From assembly GCF_009914755.1 (NCBI RefSeq), contig NC_060939.1: a DNA stretch of 64,000 nucleotides; one strand, 5' to 3'. This stretch comes from the human T2T-CHM13v2.0 reference genome, Homo sapiens. Below the pieces are notes generated by a model that was not told the DNA's origin, made no database searches, and saw only the letters and a program-made list of their open reading frames with translations. Below are positions 57,852-64,000 of this stretch, piece after piece. The position numbers were made by a program, and so were the translations under genes. How positions within the stretch are numbered: the first letter of the stretch is position 1; every line of letters starts with the position of its first letter.

Positions 57852-60624
57852 TTTTTTTTTTAAAAAGGAAAATGTGTTGTTTCAATTCTTTGAAAGATGT
57901 GGATAGGGTGTTGGTAAAGTTACAAAATTTGTGGTTACTTCCTTATTGTGTATACCTTAAAGTACCTTTCAGAAAGGATATTTTTAAATATGTGTAATCC
58001 CAGGGCACCTGCTGAAGATTCAGTTCCATTCAGGATTACTTTTAAATTTTTGGCATCATTTTGTAACACACCAGGAACTGAAACCTTGATGGCCCCTGAT
58101 TCTTGCTGTTTTTGCTCTCTGTAATAGTAAAATAGCTGAACAGAGCAAATGATAAAGTGTTTTGTTTCATGTGGTTCTAGTTTGCCTGGTTATTTGCAAG
58201 CAGTTTAATTCCTTTCATTCATTTTATTGTCAGTTATAATTTGACAAAATGTCTCTAGCTTTCTGCCTTATGCCACTTAGCATATACAGTAAAACTGTTG
58301 ATCTTTGTCAGCAGAAGAGTTTAAGATTCTCACTAAAGTGATCAGAAATATATTTTAGAGGTTATTGAATAAAATCAAGGCTTCTGTCTTTGAGCATACA
58401 AATATTCACAACTACTTAGTAGTTTGTTTAGATATTTCTGCTCATATTATTTAGAATTACATCTAAGTATGTCAGTTTTAATGATTAAAGGGTTATAATG
58501 TTAAGGTGTGTGGGAATTGTGAAGACTAAAATTTATTTTATATTTTATACTTCTGTTTTTGAGAATGTATTTGTTTTCAGCTTTATTCTGGTATAAATTT
58601 CCATACAACAAAATTAACCAATATAAGTTTATAGTTTGGTGAGCCTTGACAAATATTTAAATTGTGTAATCACTACCGCATCATAATAGGAACACTTCTG
58701 TCAGCTCAGAAGTTCTGTTCTGTCTCCCTGTAGTCAGTCTTCTCCTTCATTCTCTGCTGATCACTAATGTTTTCTTGCTACTGTAGGCTTGCCTTTTCTA
58801 GATATTGCATGGATAGAACCATACAATACATAGTCTTTTGAGTCTGGCTTTTTTTTTTTTTTAACTTACCGTAATACTCTTGAGATTCATCCATGTTGTT
58901 TGTATCAGCAGTTCATTTCTTCTTTCTATGAATCTATAACATTGTATGGATATATTATAATTTGCTTATCCATTTACCATTTGATGGCAATCTGGACTGT
59001 TTCTAGTTTGGAGCTCTCATGAATTAAAGCGCTTTAAAAATTCCAGTGCAAGTCTTTGTGTGACAGTAGGTTTTGATTCTTCTTCGGTAAATGAATGGAA
59101 TGCTATGTTGTATGTAAGTATATGTTTGACATTATGAAAAACTGCTAAACTGCTTTCCCAAAATGGCTGTACTATTTTGCTTTCTTTCAGCAACAGTACT
59201 GTGTTCTAGTTGCTCCACATCTTTGCCAACATTTGGTATTATCAGTCTCAAATTTTGACTCTTGTAATGGATGTCTGCTGCTATGTCCTTGTGATTTTAA
59301 TTTACATTTTCCTGTGGATTAATGATGTTGGGTATCTTTTTTTTGCTTATCTGCCTTTCGTATATCTTTTTAAATAAAATGTTTATTCAAATCTTTTACC
59401 CATTTAAAAAATCATGTTGCTTTGTTACTGCATTGTAAGAGTTTCTTTTATTTTTAAATATTCCGGGTAGGAGTTCTTAGCAGATAATTGTTTTATAAAT
59501 ATTTTCCTTCAGTTTTTAGTTTACCTTTTTGTTTTCCTAACAGTGGCTTTTGAGGAGTAAAAGTTTTTAAGGTTGACATAGATTTATCCTTTTTTTTCAT
59601 GTTTTAAAAAATGTACTATTTAAGAAATCTTTGTGTAACCGAAGTTCCCATAAAAGTGTTTCCCTCTGTCTTCTTTAGGAGTTTTATAGTTTTAGGTTGA
59701 ACATTTAGATATATAAAGTATTCTGAGTTCATTTTTATAGGTGGTAAGGTTTGGGGTAAGATTTTAGATCTTGGGGAGTTGTATTTGTTTACATATTAGT
59801 ATCCAGTCGTTATAGCATCATTTGTTCATAAGACTATTTGTTCCTCATTAAAATATCTTGGCATCTTTGTCAGGAATCAATGGGCCATATCTGTGAAGGT
59901 CTGTTTGTGGATTCTCTCTTCTCTGCCATTGATCTATATGTCTGCTGTTTAATATCACCCCGGTTTGGTTAGTGCAGCTTTTATAGTATGTCTTGAAATC
60001 ATGTAGTGATCAATTTGAGGACAATTAACAACTGTATTGAGTCTTCTGATCTCATGGAATCTCTGTATTTATTTAAGTCTGCATTAATTTTTCTCAACAA
60101 TGTTTTATAAAGGTTTCAGAGTATGAGTCTTACTCATATTTTCTTAAAATTATCCCTAATTATTTTATATTTATTGAGGCTTTTGTAAATGGTATTGCTT
60201 TTACTTTTAATTTCAATTTCTAATTGCTCATTGCTAGTATGTTGACTTTGTGTCTGGCAACCTTGCTTTTATTAATACATTATTTATTCCAGTATTTTTA
60301 TAGATTCCTTAGGATTTTCTACATAGGCAGTCACGCCATTTGTGAATAAACCAAGTTTTACTTCTTCCTTTCCAATGGTATGCGTTTTCTTTCTTTTTCT
60401 GCTTTACTGCACTGGATAGGACCTCCAGAATATTGTTGAATAAAAGTGATGAGAATGGACATCTTTGGTTACTGATCTCAGAATGAAAGCATTTAGTCTT
60501 TCACCAATAAATATAATGTTAACCGTAGGTTTTTTATAGATGCCTTTGTCAGGTTGAGTAATTTCCTTTCTGTTCCTAGTGTTCTGAGAGTTTTTATCAT
60601 GAATAGATGTTGAATTTTGCTGAT

Positions 60625-60922
60625 TTTTTTTTTTTCCTTTGAGGCAGATTCTTGCTTTGTTGTCCAGGCTGGTGTTCAGTGGCACAATCACGGCTCGCTG
60701 CAACCTCTGCCTCCTGGGTTCAAGTGATTCTCATGCCTCAGGCTCCCTAGTAGCTGGGATTACAGAGACCCACCACCACACCTGGCTGATTTTTGTATTT
60801 TCAGTAGAGATGTGGTTTCACCATGTTGGCCAGGCTGATCTTGAACTCCTGACCTGAAGTGATCTGCCTGCCTTGGCTTCCCAAAGTGCTGGGATTACAG
60901 GCATGAGCCGCCGCTCCCGGCC
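60625..60922 (-). mobile_element. AluS SINE nested in L1
   Basis: Antisense Alu. Confidence 0.9.
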
Positions 60923-61892
60923 CCAAATTCTTTTCATCTAATGATGATCATTAGTTCGTGAGTTTTTTGGTCTTTTAATAAACTGGTTTTTCAAGTGCTA
61001 AACCAACCTTAAATTCCTGGGATGGACCCATTTGCTCATGATATATATTGCTGGATTCCATTAACCTAAAATTTTGTTAAGGTTTTTTGCATCTGTATTC
61101 CTGAGGAATATTGATCTATAGTTTTCTTATATCTGTCTGGTTTTGATTTCAGAGTAATGCTAGGCTCATAAAATGAGCTGCATTGTAAATACTTTTCTTC
61201 TGTTTTCTGTAAGAGCTTGTGTAGAGTTGACATTTCTTTCTTAAATGTTTGGTAGCATTCACCACTGAAGTCATCTAGGCCTGAAGTTTTCCTTGTAATA
61301 AAGTTTTAAACTATGGACTCAATTGCTTTAATAGAATAAGGCTATTTAGATTATCTATGTTTTCTTGAGTGAATTTTGGTAGTTTGCATAGTGTCATGGA
61401 ATGCTATTTCATCCAACTTGATGAATTTATTGCAGTAATGTTCGTAATATTTCTTTATTTTTTCAATATCTATAGGATCTGTAATGGTGTCACTCTGTAA
61501 TTCCTGATTCCTGTCATTTGTCGCTTTTCTTTTTTGATTAGCCTCGCCAGAGTTGTATTGATATTATTGACCCTTTTAAGGAACCAGCTTTTGGTTTCAT
61601 TGATTTTATTGTTCTTCTGTATTCTATTTTATTGATTTTTGTTCTTTATTTTCTTTATCCTGCTTGCTTTGGGTTAATTTCCTCCTCTTTTTCTAGTTTC
61701 ATAAGGTAGAAGTTTAGATCACTGATTTGAAACCTTATGTTCTAATATAGGCATGTAATGTTACAAATATTGCTGTTAGCACTGCTTTAGTTATATCCAC
61801 ACATTTTTATATGTGGTGTTTTAATTTTTATTCAATTTAAAATATTTTCTTCTTTTTCTTAATATTTCTACTTTCCCTGGGTTATTTAGAAG

Positions 61893-62185
61893 TTTTTTTT
61901 TTTTTTTTTTTAATCTCTGTCACCCAGGCTGGAGTGCAGTGGCGCGATCTTCACTCACTGCAAGCTTTGCCTCCCGGGTTCATGCCGTTCTGCCTCAGCC
62001 TCCTGACCCTGAGTAGCTGCGACTGCAGGCGCCTGCCACCATGCCTGGCTAATTTTTTTGTATTTTTTTTTTAGTAGAGACAGGATTTCACCGTGTTAGC
62101 CAGGATGGTCTCCATCTCCTGACCTTGTGATCCGCCCGCCTCAGCCTCCTAAAGTGCTGGGATTACAGGCGTGCCACGCCCAGCC
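61893..62185 (-). mobile_element. AluY SINE nested in L1
   Basis: Y diagnostics; TSD tatttagaagttttt. Confidence 0.9.
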
Positions 62186-62341
62186 TATTTAGAAGTTTTT
62201 AAAATTTTTTTCAAATATTTGAGTTTTTCCCCAGTATCTTTTGTTTTGGATTTCTGATTTAATACTGTTGTGATCACAGAGCATACTTTTTATTATTTTA
62301 ATTCTCTTATATTTAAGACTTGTTTTGTGCTACAGTATATG

Positions 62342-62427
62342 TTTGTTTTATTTGAGGTTTGTTTTATGTGATACAATATGAACATTTGTTTTATTTGAGG
62401 TTTGTTTTATGTGATAGAATATGAACA
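62342..62427. repeat. 43-bp tandem duplication (1 mismatch)
   Basis: tttgttttatttgaggtttgttttatgtgata(c/g)aatatgaaca x2. Confidence 0.92.
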
Positions 62428-62709
62428 TTCCAAGTGCACTTGAGAATGTTTCTTATGCTATTATTGGGTGGAGTGTTCTATATTGTGTTAGCTCAGATTG
62501 GTTGAGGTTTTTCAAGTTTTCTCTATCTTGCTGATTTTGTTTGTGTTTATCAATTAAGAGAGGAGTATTGAAATCTTCAGTGGTAATTTTAAAAATTTAA
62601 AATTCAATCAAAGAGAATTATAATATTAAGAGGGTTGGGAGGTGTAAAGGCAATATTTAAATTTTTTTTAATTTGTGGGGAAGGGGGAAGTATTTGCTTT
62701 TTAGAATAA

Positions 62710-63069
<360 letters not shown>

Positions 63070-63380
63070 TAATATTTAGTCAATTTCATTTGTTAACTTT
63101 TTTAATTTTACCCTTGGCCTACACTATGGCCTTCATCTTCGTGTATCTTTTCTTATTGCTTTTGTATGCCTAATTTTTATTGACAACCTCTAAAGATCCT
63201 TGAGTATAGATTGCTGTGGTAATATTGTGAAAAAAAAATTTTTTTCCCTTGACATAAGTTTGCTCACCCTGTATTAAAGAAAAAGATAGGAATGTTGGTC
63301 AGTTGACATAATTTTGGCACCTGTAAAATTATCTCACATTACTTCAATGTCTGAAACTCTGTGTTTTCTTTTTCTTTCAG

Positions 63381-63456
63381 ATAAACCGAGAAAACTGGTG
63401 TACAATAGAGCCATGCCCTGATGCAGCATCTCTTCTGGCTTCCAAGCAGAGCCCAG
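63381..63456 (+). CDS. AKAP13: AKAP13 coding exon (exon 9; 76 nt): INRENWCTIEPCPDAASLLASKQSP(E)
   Basis: Acceptor gttttctttttctttcag|ATA; donor CCAG|gtaagc; phase 0 in, phase 1 out. Confidence 0.94.
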
Positions 63457-63767
63457 GTAAGCTGAGATTATCCATTCATTTTCTGGAGCTGCAGCCCCAC
63501 TCTGGCAGATCGTTTTATTTGGAGATCTGCCCTTCCTTAGCATGTTATACAGTAAATCAGAGGAAGGGATGTATGTGATCTGGGTTTGTAGGCATTTTGT
63601 CTTACAGTTGAAGATGAACACATGTAATTACCGAATTTTGTTTTGGTAGCAACAGACATCATAGGTGGCTTTATGATTCATTCATTTGTGAAGGCATCTG
63701 TGCTGTGCATATACATATGACATAGGATTTTTAATCTGGTAAAAGTATAAATATACTGTTAACCAAA

Positions 63768-63952
63768 CCTGAGGTTCTCAATTTTGAATGCACATTGGAA
63801 TTATCTGGCTGAACAAGCTTTAAAAATATACTGATGCCTGGGTCCTACCTCCAGATATTCTGATTTAATTGGGTGGGGTGTGGCCTAGATATCAAAATCT
63901 TTATAAGCTCCTTTGATTACCCTGCTGTGTACCCAAGGTTGAGAACCATTAC
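63768..63952. mobile_element. MER5-like hAT MITE
   Basis: TIRs ggttctcaa...ttgagaacc; ccagatattctgatttaattgg core. Confidence 0.8.
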
Positions 63953-64000
63953 ACTTTGGACACATGGTCAGGAATTAAGTCTTTCCTTAAGTACCTTTGA

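Larger units (their letters stand above)
58575..62590 (-). mobile_element. About 4-kb degenerate L1M (3' UTR plus ORF2 remnant), interrupted by two Alus
   Basis: Antisense L1 motifs throughout; ORF 60404..60703 gives an ORF2-like remnant (GIYKKPTVNIIFIGERLNAFILRS). Confidence 0.85.

Noticed and set aside
60404-60703. ORF with reverse-transcriptase-like residues
   Set aside because: Decayed L1 ORF2 remnant fused to Alu sequence; not an intact retroelement gene

Overview
Human (primate, Alu-rich) genomic DNA lying inside the AKAP13 gene (AKAP-Lbc/Brx; PKA-anchoring RhoA GEF, chr15q25), transcribed on the + strand. It contains the giant 3178-nt coding exon (2949-6126), which encodes a low-complexity region with the Ht31 PKA-RII anchoring helix and the HA-3 minor antigen. 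A 122-nt exon follows (9721-9842), then a 53.5-kb intron and a 76-nt exon (63381-63456); these are exons 7-9 in the numbering I recall. Inside the long intron lie an internal promoter and an alternative first exon (CDS 44105-44185, MYERHKRRYSLCDISKVDRTVDVVLLK) that splices in phase to the 76-nt exon, giving the short Brx-type isoform. The rest is intronic: about 26 Alu/FLAM copies, L1, L2, MIR, hAT-Charlie elements, an LTR40 solo LTR and microsatellites. There is no prokaryote-type system here. The most notable inferred features are a stop-free 3300-nt two-exon module flanked by inverted Alus (possible endless-ORF circRNA), competing donors after the 122-nt exon, a strong-context uORF before the short isoform, candidate recursive/cryptic splice sites and a locally templated insertion in an L1. 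Repeat boundaries and subfamilies were called by eye and are approximate.
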